Assembly (NCBI GenBank): GCA_015059545.1
Contig: SVAG01000002.1
Location: 8,653 to 72,652 of the forward strand
DNA length: 64,000 nucleotides
Direction: 5' to 3'
Source of the DNA: Lactobacillales bacterium
GTDB lineage: Bacteria; Bacillota_I; Bacilli_A; RF39; UBA660
In this document: positions 11,325 through 21,429 of the stretch, piece by piece
How positions within the stretch are numbered: position 1 is the stretch's first letter
How the letters are laid out: each line of letters starts with the position of its first letter
Notes under the pieces: model-generated
Database searches by the model: none
What the model saw: the letters and a program-made list of their open reading frames with translations, nothing else
Told to the model about the DNA's origin: nothing
Program-made: the position numbers and the translations under genes

Positions 11325-11395
11325 TCTCCTTTCAAATATTTATTCGCTTATACCTAGATAAAAGTTGGAGACTCTCAAATCCAAGAATAAGTACA
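11325..11395 (-). promoter_or_regulatory. Probable S15 autoregulatory leader
   Basis: Structured, GC-richer 5' UTR (CTTATTCTTGGAT...ATCTAGGTATAAG enclosing TTGAGAG/CTCCAA) directly upstream of the rpsO RBS. Such leaders are known in Firmicutes. Confidence 0.5.
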
Positions 11396-11471
11396 ATATA
11401 AATATACACTATTTTTTATACTTTTGCAAGTATTATAATAAAAAAAGGAATAAATTCCTTTATTTAACATA

Positions 11472-11548
11472 TGGTGTCCCCTCAGGGATTCGAACCCTGG
11501 ACCCCGAGATTAAGAGTCACGTGCTCTAGCCAACTGAGCTAAGGAGAC
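11472..11548 (-). tRNA. tRNA-Lys (CTT)
   Basis: GTCTCCTTAGCTCAGTTGGCTAGAGCACGTGACT-CTT-AATCTCGGGGTCCAGGGTTCGAATCCCTGAGGGGACACCA; cloverleaf, encoded CCA. Confidence 0.95.
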
Positions 11549-11706
11549 AATTTAACAACAAAATAATTATACCATATATTAAATAAATTTCAATATTATT
11601 TAATTAATTTTTTTATTACATTTTTATAAATAATATATTTATTATAATAATATTATTTTATTTTGATAATATTAAAACTAACTAATAAGTTAGTTTTATA
11701 TCTTAT

Positions 11707-12444
11707 TTATTTTAATTCATAATCATAATATTGTTCTATTAATTCTTGCTTGCTCATTACCCAATCATGTTTATTTGATATTATGATTGAATCACAATAT
11801 TTACATTTATTTGAAGCACTATTTGTTATTTCTGCTCCACAATTTGGACAATATTTATTAATTTCATTATCATTATCATTTTTTATAAATGTAATATTAC
11901 AATTTTTAAATAGAGTATCCCCATTATTTCCTGAAATAAAATTATTTTTTTTATCAGTTATATATTCAATACAAGAAATTAATAAATTTATTGTTATAAT
12001 AACATTATTATTTTCTTTTCTTACATCTATTATTTTAAAATTGTGAAAATCTAATGCTTTTACTACCTTTTTCTGTTTTTTTTGTTTTAACATTTCTATT
12101 TGACTTATATACATATTATATAATTCATCAGTTAAACAAATTCTTAATTCTTCTTCATCAAATGATGTTTCTGCTTTTTGTATTTTTTTATATAACTTAG
12201 AAATTTGAATTTCAAATTTTTTTTCATCAAAATCTGGAATTATATTTTTAATTACTTCTATATTTACTGTTTTAAATTGATTTAAAAGTTTTCTTTTTTG
12301 AAACTTACTAATTATTATTCCAGCAATAGTAACTAATATAATTATCCATGGTATTAATGCGCCTAATTCATCGAATGAAAAATCACTTAATCCGTATAAA
12401 CACAATATAAATGATATAAATCCAAATATTAATAATTTATCCAT
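11707..12444 (-). CDS. Tim44-like domain protein with Zn ribbon, 2 N-terminal TMs
   Basis: IQKAE..FDEEELR..LTDELYN helix, CPNCGA..CKYC, C-terminal DWVMSK. Confidence 0.8.
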   Translation of the reverse strand: MDKLLIFGFISFILCLYGLSDFSFDELGALIPWIIILVTIAGIIISKFQKRKLLNQFKTVNIEVIKNIIPDFDEKKFEIQISKLYKKIQKAETSFDEEELRICLTDELYNMYISQIEMLKQKKQKKVVKALDFHNFKIIDVRKENNNVIITINLLISCIEYITDKKNNFISGNNGDTLFKNCNITFIKNDNDNEINKYCPNCGAEITNSASNKCKYCDSIIISNKHDWVMSKQELIEQYYDYELK

Positions 12445-12445
12445 T

Positions 12446-12967
12446 TTATTTCATCTCCGTTAATATCCATTCATAGTCTTCTAAATTATAAATTGTTCCA
12501 CAATATTCACATTTACCGCTATTATTAACATCCATATTAGATCCACAACTAGGACACTTTCTTGCTTCTGGTTGTGTACTTGTATTTTTATTTTTTTCAA
12601 ATGTTAAATAATTTGTTTTTTCTATTCTATCTACATCATTTCCATTTACTGTTTTTTTTGTTTCTTTATCTATTCTATAATCTACATATCTTGATGTTAA
12701 ATTTACTTTAACTATATATTTATCTTCTGTTTCTTCATAATCCATAATATATGAATTTTTAACATTTATCATATCATACATTTGAATTAAATTTTCTTCG
12801 TTTAATCTATCTAATTTTTCTTTTAATTTATTATATACAGCATCATTTACAAAATGATCTATAGTTTCAAGTTCATTAAATGTAAGTGCTAAATGTATTT
12901 TAACAAATACATTATCTACATATGAAATAAATTTACTTTCTTCTAATACATTACTTATATCTTTCAC
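12446..12967 (-). CDS. Tim44-like domain protein with Zn ribbon, no TM
   Basis: YVDYRID..VNG, CPSCGS..CEYCG, EWILTEM. Confidence 0.8.
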   Translation of the reverse strand: MKDISNVLEESKFISYVDNVFVKIHLALTFNELETIDHFVNDAVYNKLKEKLDRLNEENLIQMYDMINVKNSYIMDYEETEDKYIVKVNLTSRYVDYRIDKETKKTVNGNDVDRIEKTNYLTFEKNKNTSTQPEARKCPSCGSNMDVNNSGKCEYCGTIYNLEDYEWILTEMK

Positions 12968-12979
12968 TTTAACACCTCT

Positions 12980-13795
12980 TTAATATTGACTTAATACTTC
13001 TTTTTTGCTCATTATCCAATTATTACTGTCTGATATGATTACTGAATTACAATATTCACATTTATTTGATTCATTATTTGTTATTTTTGCGCCACAATTT
13101 GGACATTTTTTTAAACTAGACCTTTTTATATATTTTATAAAAGTCATTTCATATTCATAAGTCGTACTTATTTCATTATCACCTTTAACAACTTCTTTAG
13201 TATCTCTATTAATTATATAATCATTACATTCTATTTCAACAATTACTTTCAAAATAATATTTTGTTGATTTTTTTTAACGTCAATTATAAAAAATTCTTC
13301 TAATTCAAAATTTTTCATAATATTTTGTTGATTTTTTATTTCTAAGGTTTCCAATTGAGCTTTATACATATTAAACATTTCATCTGTTATATATTTTCTA
13401 AGTTCTTCATAATCAAAATTCATCCATGCCTTTTGAATATTTTTATATATATTAAAAATTTCATTTTTAATTTGTGTCTCACTTAAATTAATTTTTTTTG
13501 CTAATTTTTTACTTTTATTTTTCTTTTCTTCATATTCCTTTATTACATTATCTCGTAGTTTTTTAAAATAAATTGCAGCTACTACCATTATAATTACTAC
13601 AGCAATAACTTCAAATCCTGTTAATTCATCACTTCCACCACCTGATGATGATATACTTGAACCAGATGATGAACTGCCTCCACTACTATAAGATCCTCCA
13701 AAACCTGAATCTGCTTTAACAATTAAATTTGTTTGAAACGTAAATATAAATAGTAATATTATTACTACTAAACTTATTAATTTCTTTTTCTTCAT
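12980..13795 (-). CDS. Tim44-like domain protein with signal peptide, Gly/Ser linker, TM and Zn ribbon
   Basis: VKA|DSGFGGSYSSGGSSS, IQKAWMNFDYEELR, CPNCGA..CEYC. Confidence 0.85.
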   Translation of the reverse strand: MKKKKLISLVVIILLFIFTFQTNLIVKADSGFGGSYSSGGSSSSGSSISSSGGGSDELTGFEVIAVVIIMVVAAIYFKKLRDNVIKEYEEKKNKSKKLAKKINLSETQIKNEIFNIYKNIQKAWMNFDYEELRKYITDEMFNMYKAQLETLEIKNQQNIMKNFELEEFFIIDVKKNQQNIILKVIVEIECNDYIINRDTKEVVKGDNEISTTYEYEMTFIKYIKRSSLKKCPNCGAKITNNESNKCEYCNSVIISDSNNWIMSKKEVLSQY

Positions 13796-13814
13796 ATTTT
13801 ACTCCTTATCTAAA

Positions 13815-14633
13815 TTACTTTAATATTTTATTTTTACCTAATAATACAATTTTAGATAATACTAATTTATGTTCATCTATTATTACTCTAGTATTACAAT
13901 AATTACAATTATTAGTTGCTTCTCCAATTATTTTAGAACCACAGTTTGGACATATTTTTTCTTTATTTTCTATACTTTTTACAAATGTCATTTTATAGTG
14001 ATTAAAATCTTTTTTATTTTGACTACTGTCTACTATTTCATTTGTATTTATATTCTTTATATATTCTTTACTTTCTAATGAAATATCCATATCAAAATAT
14101 ATTTTATTATCTTCTTTAAATGCATTTATAAGATAAGAATCAATATACTCAATACCCTCTACTATTTTTTGTTGATTTTTTGTTTTTAATAAATTAATTT
14201 GAGCTATCAATAAATTATAAAATTCGTCTGTTACATAGTTTCTTAATTCATCCAAATTATTATTATTGCATGCATTTTCAATATTTTTATATATTTCAAA
14301 TGTTTCTATCTTTAAATTTTCTATATTTCCGTTTTCTATATAGTATAATACTTCATCTAATGATAAAGATTCTTTAATATAATTATCAATTATTTCATCA
14401 TCAATTACTGAAGTTGTAAATAATTTTATAATTCCTTTAATACCATATACTCCATTGGTATAACGTCTTAATGATTCACATAAAAAAACAAATGAAATGG
14501 AAATAATTAAAAATACTAATGAGCAAGTTAAATCTGTTATATTGTCTCCATAAACTAAATAAATTATTCCGCAAATTGATATAAAAAACATAATAATTAA
14601 CATTATTCTAGTTTTTATAATTCCTGACTTCAT
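13815..14633 (-). CDS. Tim44-like domain protein with Zn ribbon, 2 N-terminal TMs
   Basis: ELRNYVTDEFYN, CPNCGS..CNYC. Confidence 0.8.
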   Translation of the reverse strand: MKSGIIKTRIMLIIMFFISICGIIYLVYGDNITDLTCSLVFLIISISFVFLCESLRRYTNGVYGIKGIIKLFTTSVIDDEIIDNYIKESLSLDEVLYYIENGNIENLKIETFEIYKNIENACNNNNLDELRNYVTDEFYNLLIAQINLLKTKNQQKIVEGIEYIDSYLINAFKEDNKIYFDMDISLESKEYIKNINTNEIVDSSQNKKDFNHYKMTFVKSIENKEKICPNCGSKIIGEATNNCNYCNTRVIIDEHKLVLSKIVLLGKNKILK

Positions 14634-14677
14634 CTTACCACCTATTATAATTATACCATAAAAAAAACTTAATTTTG

Positions 14678-16330
14678 TTAAATTAAGTTTATTCTTTTTA
14701 ATATTCTTGTCTTTCCTAGTAATTTTAATATTTCATATAAATCTGGTGTCATGCTTGATGTTGTTACTACTACTCTAATTACTGTTGAAACATCTGCTAC
14801 ATTTCCTTTAAAATTATCTGGATTTTCTTTATATTCTTTCATATTAGATGCATATCCTAGTTCTTCAGATAATTTTTTTACTTTATTAAACCATGTATCT
14901 TTATCATCTGATTCATCATAATATTTTTCCATATATGTATTTAATATTAGTTTTATTTCATCTTTGTCAGTTATATTTTGAAAATCATATTCTTTTTCTT
15001 TTGTATCAAATAATTCATCATACATATACCATATTTGTGGTTTAATACCTTTATAATTTTCATAATCTTTTCTAGGTTTTTTTTGTTCTCTTTCAATATT
15101 TAAAATATTAATAGTATATTCTTTATATTTAGTTATTAATTCGAAAAATTCTTTATCATAAGTTTTAGCCCAATTACTTAATCTATCATAAACTTCTATA
15201 GCACTTAATTTACTTATAAAGTTTTTAGATATATTATTTAATTTTTCCATATCATAAAGTGCTCCACCCGTTGCGGACATTTTTTTAGGACTAAATGTAA
15301 AATCTAAATATGTTTTATCTGGATTTTTATCATGCCATTCTTCATAATTAGAATTGATTATTGTCATAAGTGATTCAATAACTGCTTCTTGAGGATATCC
15401 ATTTTCTTCGTAGTAGCTCATTGTAGCTTCTGGGTCTTTTCTTTTGCTTAATTTTCTTACACTATTTCCTTCTTTTTTTACAATTAATGGTGTATGAATA
15501 TATTTAGGTGCCTTAGCATCAAATGCTTTAAATAATTCTATATGAACTGGAACTGATGGTAGCCATTCTTCACCTCTTACAACATGTGTTGTATGCATTA
15601 AATAATCATCTACAAAATGAGCAAAATGATATGTTGGTAATTTATCATTTGATTTCATTATTACGATATCTTGATCATTTTCTGGAAGTGACAATGTTCC
15701 TCTAACTAAATCATCAAAGAAAAATCTTTTTTCATTATCTCCTAGTGATTTAAATCTAATTACATATTCTTCTCCATTTTTAATCTTTTCTATTTTTTCA
15801 TCTATACTTAAATTTCTACATTTAGCATATCTTCCATAATAACCTATTCTTGATTTATATTTTTCTTGTTTTGTTCTCATTTCATCTAGTTCTTCTTTTT
15901 TACAAAAACAAGGATAAGCTCTATCTATTTCTATTAAATGTTTAATAAATGTATGATATATTTCTTTTCTTTTACTTTGAATATATGGGCCATAATTACC
16001 AATAACTTCATCATTAAATTCATATTCATCTGGTGTTACATTATAATAATTTAATGTTGTCATTATAAGTTCTACTGCTTCCTTTACTTCTCTTTTTTGA
16101 TCTGTATCTTCATTTCTTAAATAAAATATACCTTTTGAATTATGAGCCAATACTTTATCAATTATTGCTTGATAAAATCCCCCTAAATGCATAAATCCAG
16201 TTGGACTTGGTGCAAAACGTGTTACTTTAGCCCCTTCTTCTAAATTACGAGCTGGGTACATATTTTTATAATCTTCTATAGTTTTTGTAATATCTGGAAA
16301 TATAATGTTTGCTAAATCTTTATTTGTCAT
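14678..16330 (-). CDS. gltX: Glutamate--tRNA ligase
   Basis: TRFAPSPTGFMHLGG, EDTD, CFC/C Zn ligands, KLSKR. Confidence 0.96.
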   Translation of the reverse strand: MTNKDLANIIFPDITKTIEDYKNMYPARNLEEGAKVTRFAPSPTGFMHLGGFYQAIIDKVLAHNSKGIFYLRNEDTDQKREVKEAVELIMTTLNYYNVTPDEYEFNDEVIGNYGPYIQSKRKEIYHTFIKHLIEIDRAYPCFCKKEELDEMRTKQEKYKSRIGYYGRYAKCRNLSIDEKIEKIKNGEEYVIRFKSLGDNEKRFFFDDLVRGTLSLPENDQDIVIMKSNDKLPTYHFAHFVDDYLMHTTHVVRGEEWLPSVPVHIELFKAFDAKAPKYIHTPLIVKKEGNSVRKLSKRKDPEATMSYYEENGYPQEAVIESLMTIINSNYEEWHDKNPDKTYLDFTFSPKKMSATGGALYDMEKLNNISKNFISKLSAIEVYDRLSNWAKTYDKEFFELITKYKEYTINILNIEREQKKPRKDYENYKGIKPQIWYMYDELFDTKEKEYDFQNITDKDEIKLILNTYMEKYYDESDDKDTWFNKVKKLSEELGYASNMKEYKENPDNFKGNVADVSTVIRVVVTTSSMTPDLYEILKLLGKTRILKRINLI

Positions 16331-16481
16331 TTTTATCTCTCCCTTAACTCAAATAATTATACCATGTTTTTTTTATTTTGTATATTTATAAATATTAATT
16401 TATATTATATTCATAAAAAAAGAGGATCATTTAATTTTATAATTAAACACCTCTAACTATAATAGTATTCTATATACAGTA

Positions 16482-17504
16482 TTACTTATTTGGATCAACT
16501 AATATTTTGATTAATTCACTTGAACCTGATGTTAATTCTTCATATGATTTTTGAACTTCATCAAATCCTACTGTTTTTGATACAAATTGTAAAGCATCTA
16601 TTTGTTTTCTACTCATTAATTCTATACATGTTTTAAATTCATCTTTTGTATAAGCAATTGCTCCTTTTAAAGTTATTTCTCTCATAACTGCTACTACAGT
16701 TGGAATTGTTATTGGTGTTGGTGAAACTCCTACTAATATAACTGTAGCACCTGGCTTAACTGCCATTAAAGATGTTGATACTGCTCCTGCATTTCCACAA
16801 CATTCTATTACTACATCAAATCCTTCATTTACTTCAGTAAGTAAATTTTTTATTATATCTTGATCTGCTTTGAAGTATTTATCGGCTACTCCTAATTTAA
16901 CAGCATTATTTCCTCTTGCATCATTTACTTCTGAAATTGCTACAAAACTAGCTCCTTCTTTTTTAGCAAACATTGCTGCTGTAAGACCGATTATTCCTCC
17001 ACCTATTACAAGTACTTTATCTCCTACTTTAATATCTGCTAAATGTATTGCGTGAAGTGATACTGCAACAGGTTCTACCATAGCAACTTCTTCATCTGTA
17101 ATATTTGTTGGTACTTTAATAACCATATCACTTCTTACATTTATTTTATGTGTTAATCCACCTGGATTAGCAACTGATAATCCTACTGCATCATTCCATG
17201 TTTGTAAACAAAATTGTGCATTTCCACTTAAGCAAGCACTACAATGTCCACATGGACTTATTGGTAAAGCTGTTACTCTATCTCCAACTTTTAAATCACT
17301 TCTATCCCCTGGATCTATTACTTTACCACAAAACTCATGTCCCATAACTACACCTACAGGATTTCCCATTTCCCAGTTATGTATATCTGAACCACATATT
17401 CCTGATTTAGTAATTTCCATCATTACTTTTCCTGGTTCTTTTTTTGGTTCTTCTATTTCTTTTATTTCAAATTCTTTTACACCTTTTAAAGCTACACATT
17501 TCAT
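16482..17504 (-). CDS. Zn-dependent medium-chain alcohol/polyol dehydrogenase (butanediol/sorbitol DH-like)
   Basis: GICGSD, GHE, CGHCSAC..C, GGGIIG. Confidence 0.9.
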   Translation of the reverse strand: MKCVALKGVKEFEIKEIEEPKKEPGKVMMEITKSGICGSDIHNWEMGNPVGVVMGHEFCGKVIDPGDRSDLKVGDRVTALPISPCGHCSACLSGNAQFCLQTWNDAVGLSVANPGGLTHKINVRSDMVIKVPTNITDEEVAMVEPVAVSLHAIHLADIKVGDKVLVIGGGIIGLTAAMFAKKEGASFVAISEVNDARGNNAVKLGVADKYFKADQDIIKNLLTEVNEGFDVVIECCGNAGAVSTSLMAVKPGATVILVGVSPTPITIPTVVAVMREITLKGAIAYTKDEFKTCIELMSRKQIDALQFVSKTVGFDEVQKSYEELTSGSSELIKILVDPNK

Positions 17505-17587
17505 ATTATCCCTACTTTCTTTTTTATTATATCATTTTTTATAATAAAAAAAGCAAATTAATTTCGTAATTTACTTTTGTTTACACT

Positions 17588-18568
17588 TTAATCTTCACAT
17601 TGAACAACTGTTATAGCAATTGCTCCAACTATATCATCTACATTACATCCTCTTGATAAATCATTAATAGGTTTTTTTATTCCTTGAGTAATTGGTCCAT
17701 ATGCTTTTGCATTTGCAAGTCTTTCTACTAATTTATATCCAATATTTCCTGCATCTAAATCCGGGAATATAAGTACATTAGCTCTACCTGCTACAAAGCT
17801 ATCACTAGCTTTTATTTTTGCTACTTCCTTATCTATAGCAGCATCTAATTGTAATTCTCCATCAAGTAAAAATTCTGAGTTTTTCTTAGCTATTTTAGTT
17901 GCTTCTACTACTTTATTAACATCATCATGTGTTGCACTTCCTTTTGTAGAATGTGATAACATAGCAACAATTGGTTCAGCTCCAACTAATTCTTTAAAAC
18001 TTTTAGCTGATTCCATTGCTATACAAGCAAGTTCATTAGCATTTGGATTTTGATTTAACCCGCAATCAGAAAATATAAATGCTCCATTATATCCGTATTC
18101 TTTATTTGGCACATCCATAAGGAAAAATGCCGAAACTAATTCACAGTTTTCTTTTGTCTTAATTATTTGTAATGCAGGTCTTAATGTATTTGCTGATGAA
18201 TGACAAGCTCCTGATACTACACCATCTGCTAATCCTTCTTTTACTAGCATACAAGCATAATACATATAATCATTTAATAATAATTCTCTAGCTTGTTCTT
18301 TTTCTATTTTTCTAAGTACTGATAATTTTTCTATTAAATTTTGTGTTAATTCTGATGTTTTAGGATCAATTACTTTTATATTATCTAAATTAACACTTCT
18401 ATTTTCTTTTTTTATTTCATCTATATTACCTAATAATATTATATTAGCTATTCCTTCATTAACAGCAATTTCACCAGCTTTTACTACTCTTTCATCCATA
18501 AATTCTGGAAGTACTATTGTTTTATTTTTTAATCTTGCTTTTTCTTTTATATTTTCTATTATATTCAT
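17588..18568 (-). CDS. pta: Phosphate acetyltransferase
   Basis: DGELQLDAA, FPDLDAGNIGYK, NDLSRGC. Confidence 0.97.
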   Translation of the reverse strand: MNIIENIKEKARLKNKTIVLPEFMDERVVKAGEIAVNEGIANIILLGNIDEIKKENRSVNLDNIKVIDPKTSELTQNLIEKLSVLRKIEKEQARELLLNDYMYYACMLVKEGLADGVVSGACHSSANTLRPALQIIKTKENCELVSAFFLMDVPNKEYGYNGAFIFSDCGLNQNPNANELACIAMESAKSFKELVGAEPIVAMLSHSTKGSATHDDVNKVVEATKIAKKNSEFLLDGELQLDAAIDKEVAKIKASDSFVAGRANVLIFPDLDAGNIGYKLVERLANAKAYGPITQGIKKPINDLSRGCNVDDIVGAIAITVVQCED

Positions 18569-18628
18569 AACACACCTCTATTATAATTTTACTTTATTTT
18601 TAATATTTAAACAAGAAAAAAACAAATA

Positions 18629-18949
18629 TTATTTGTTTTCTTTACTATTTAATATAAATTGTACTCCAAGTACTATTAATAACACTGGAATTGATAGTCT
18701 TAAAACTAATTCAAAATCTAAAATATTTTGACAACATAATAATAAAATAATTCCTATTATAATTCCTACTGTATTAGCAAATATATTTTTTTTCATAATT
18801 ACATTTATTAAACATGGAATTATAATTACAAGTGTCCACCATCCATCAAATAAAAGATTTATATTTGTTATTTCTAAAATATTTAAACTTGTTACTACAC
18901 CTACTATTATAAGGAGAATTCCCCATACTATATTACTTACTCTATTCAT
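18629..18949 (-). CDS. LiaF-like 4-TM membrane protein
   Basis: WGILLIIVG...FDGWWTLVIIIP pattern. Start moved to ATG 18949 behind GAGG. Confidence 0.7.
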   Translation of the reverse strand: MNRVSNIVWGILLIIVGVVTSLNILEITNINLLFDGWWTLVIIIPCLINVIMKKNIFANTVGIIIGIILLLCCQNILDFELVLRLSIPVLLIVLGVQFILNSKENK

Positions 18950-18953
18950 ATTA

Positions 18954-19775
18954 CTACCTCTCATATTCATCTAAAAATGAATGTTTTTCTTTATTTTTTG
19001 TATATCCTAATATACAATTTAAATTAACATTATCGATACTTTTAAATAAGTTATCATCTACATTAGGATTGTTTTTTTTCATATTTTTTATTAAATTTTT
19101 CATTTCTATTCTTTTACTATCTTCTTCTTTTTTACTTACACCTTCTGTAAATCTACAAGCACAATTAATAAATTTTAAATTATTACTTTTACTCCATGAT
19201 ATAATGTCTTCTTCTTTTACTAGATAAAGTGGTCTAATAAGTTCTAAACCAGGAAAATTATCACTATGAAGTTTTGGCATCATTGTTTTTACTTCTGATC
19301 CATAAAACATTGAAAGAAGTGTTGTTTCTATTACATCATTGAAGTGATGTCCTAAAGCTATTTTATTACATCCTAATTCTTTAGCTCTATTATATAAACA
19401 TCCTCTTCTCATTCTAGCACATAAATAACATGGACTTTTTTCTACATCTTTTACTACATCAAATATATTTGATTCAAATACTTCGATATTTATATTTAAT
19501 CTTTTAGCGTTTTCTAGTATTAAATCCATATTTTCTTTATTATATCCAGGATTCATAATTACATAGTGTGCTTCAAAAGGAAATTTACCATGTTTTATTA
19601 ATTCTTCTATACATTTAGCAAGCAAATAAGAATCTTTTCCTCCACTTATACAAACCATAATTTTATCATTTTCTTTTATAAGTTCATATTCACTTACGGC
19701 TTTTACAAATCTACTCCATATTTCTTTACGATATTTTTTTATTATCGATCTTTCTATTTCTTTATATTCTTCCAT
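18954..19775 (-). CDS. ttcA: tRNA 2-thiocytidine biosynthesis TtcA-family PP-loop ATPase
   Basis: SGGKDS, PCYLCARMRRG, ALGHH.ND, IRPL, CAC. Confidence 0.85.
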   Translation of the reverse strand: MEEYKEIERSIIKKYRKEIWSRFVKAVSEYELIKENDKIMVCISGGKDSYLLAKCIEELIKHGKFPFEAHYVIMNPGYNKENMDLILENAKRLNINIEVFESNIFDVVKDVEKSPCYLCARMRRGCLYNRAKELGCNKIALGHHFNDVIETTLLSMFYGSEVKTMMPKLHSDNFPGLELIRPLYLVKEEDIISWSKSNNLKFINCACRFTEGVSKKEEDSKRIEMKNLIKNMKKNNPNVDDNLFKSIDNVNLNCILGYTKNKEKHSFLDEYER

Positions 19776-19860
19776 TTCAAACTCCTATAAAATATTTCTA
19801 TTTTATTATATCATTTTCTTTTTACTTTTACATCAAATATTATCATTTTTAAAATAATAA

Positions 19861-19888
19861 TTGACAATTATTTTATTAATAGTATAAT
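19861..19888 (+). promoter_or_regulatory. Consensus sigma-A promoter for microprotein gene
   Basis: TTGACA(19861-66), 16 bp, TATAAT(19883-88). Confidence 0.8.
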
Positions 19889-19909
19889 ACCTTTTAAAGG
19901 AGGATTTTT

Positions 19910-20035
19910 ATGGGTGGAGGCGGAGGCGGAACTGGTAGTCCTGTTACAATAAATAAAAATAAACAAAAAAAATTAAGTTTATTTAAAAATATTTTAAAAG
20001 ATAATAAAATTAAAATTAAAAATAAATCTAAATAA
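19910..20035 (+). CDS. 41-aa poly-Gly / Lys-rich microprotein
   Basis: AAAGGAGG RBS; MGGGGGGTGSPVTINKNKQKKLSLFKNILKDNKIKIKNKSK*; flanked by promoter and terminator. Confidence 0.8.
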   Translation: MGGGGGGTGSPVTINKNKQKKLSLFKNILKDNKIKIKNKSK

Positions 20036-20038
20036 AAC

Positions 20039-20071
20039 AAAAACATTGTAAATTTTTAACAATGTTTTTTT
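20039..20071. terminator. Bidirectional intrinsic terminator (microprotein / pepC)
   Basis: AAAAACATTGT...ACAATGTTTTTTT. Confidence 0.8.
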
Positions 20072-20089
20072 AGTAATTTTTTAATAAAA

Positions 20090-21397
20090 TCAATCTATTT
20101 TAGCATCCCATTTATTTATTTTTATTGGTTTTCTATTTAGAATTTCAATTGTTTTTGAGTCTAAATATTTCTTATTAATGACTGCTACATATACATACTT
20201 GTTTACCCAATCATCATCAGCAATATAATCACCTTTTACACCATATTTATCTCCCCAACTATTTTCTATTTTCCATTTAATTGGTTTATCATCAATTGTT
20301 TTAACTCCAGTAAATATCATACAATGTTGTCCTGTTCTACCATTAGTTTTAATAATATCATTATGTTCTAATCTTAAATTAACATCAAATATATCACTAT
20401 ATCTATCCATTGTATCTATCCATATTCCTTCAATTCTTTTTGAGGTAGTTGAACTATAAAAATAAACTGGTTCTCCATCTTTTAATTGATTAATCATTGA
20501 TTCTTTCAATTTTTCATTTTCTATTATTAAAACTTTTAAATCTTCGGTACCACTTACTTGAGAAGTGTCTTCTAATTGATATAGATTATTATATTTATAT
20601 TTATCATCTATATAACAACCAATTTCTACATAATCATTTAATAAATCTATTCCTATATATTTTTCATAAAATTGTTTAGGTGTTAAATTTTTATCAATAT
20701 GATATTTACCATCTTTATCCATATATTCAAAATCAAACATTTCAGAAGGAATACCATATAAACTAGATATAATTTTATATGCATCATTTATATATTTATC
20801 TTTTATTTCATCAGTATTTATATTTTCTTTTTCTATTTCTAAATAAAATTTTCTTAATAATCTGGATAATATTTGATTAACCTCATATGTATTTGATGAT
20901 TGATATGTTTCTGGAAAAATATCTTTAGGTACAATACCATATTTATCTATTAAATGTGCAAATTGAGTAAACCATCCTCCATCATAAATACCATCTTTTA
21001 ATATATCAGATACATATCTATCATACAAATCTTTACCTTCACTTTTATATTCAAGAATATTTTCTAATTTTTTATTAAATCGTTCCAATTTATCATAAAA
21101 AGCAATATAACTTCCAGATAATTCAAAATTTTTTAAATTACATTTTTCAATTACTTTTTCTCTTAATATATTAAGATTTGCAAATGACCAACAACGTCCA
21201 GTAAATTTTTGATCAGTAATTCCATGAGTTTCAATATTAATATTGAATTGTGAACTAATTTGTGTATCTTTATCGGTTATTAAATCAACTAATTGAACCT
21301 TATTCAACATCCTATTTAAAACTTTATTTTTTTTATCATTTTCATAAAATTTTTTTAATTCATTTAATTTTTCTTTTTTTAGCATATTTTCCTCCAA
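20090..21397 (-). CDS. pepC: Aminopeptidase C / bleomycin hydrolase (C1B)
   Basis: DQKFTGRCWSFA, DGGWF, HCMIFTGV, WKIENSWG. Confidence 0.92.
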   Translation of the reverse strand: MEENMLKKEKLNELKKFYENDKKNKVLNRMLNKVQLVDLITDKDTQISSQFNINIETHGITDQKFTGRCWSFANLNILREKVIEKCNLKNFELSGSYIAFYDKLERFNKKLENILEYKSEGKDLYDRYVSDILKDGIYDGGWFTQFAHLIDKYGIVPKDIFPETYQSSNTYEVNQILSRLLRKFYLEIEKENINTDEIKDKYINDAYKIISSLYGIPSEMFDFEYMDKDGKYHIDKNLTPKQFYEKYIGIDLLNDYVEIGCYIDDKYKYNNLYQLEDTSQVSGTEDLKVLIIENEKLKESMINQLKDGEPVYFYSSTTSKRIEGIWIDTMDRYSDIFDVNLRLEHNDIIKTNGRTGQHCMIFTGVKTIDDKPIKWKIENSWGDKYGVKGDYIADDDWVNKYVYVAVINKKYLDSKTIEILNRKPIKINKWDAKID

Positions 21398-21429
21398 TTA
21401 TATAAAAACTTTTTTATATAATCATTATA

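Noticed and set aside
16331-16481. T-box upstream of gltX
   Set aside because: The region is short and no T-box consensus was found. The hairpin is better explained as the terminator of the upstream dehydrogenase.
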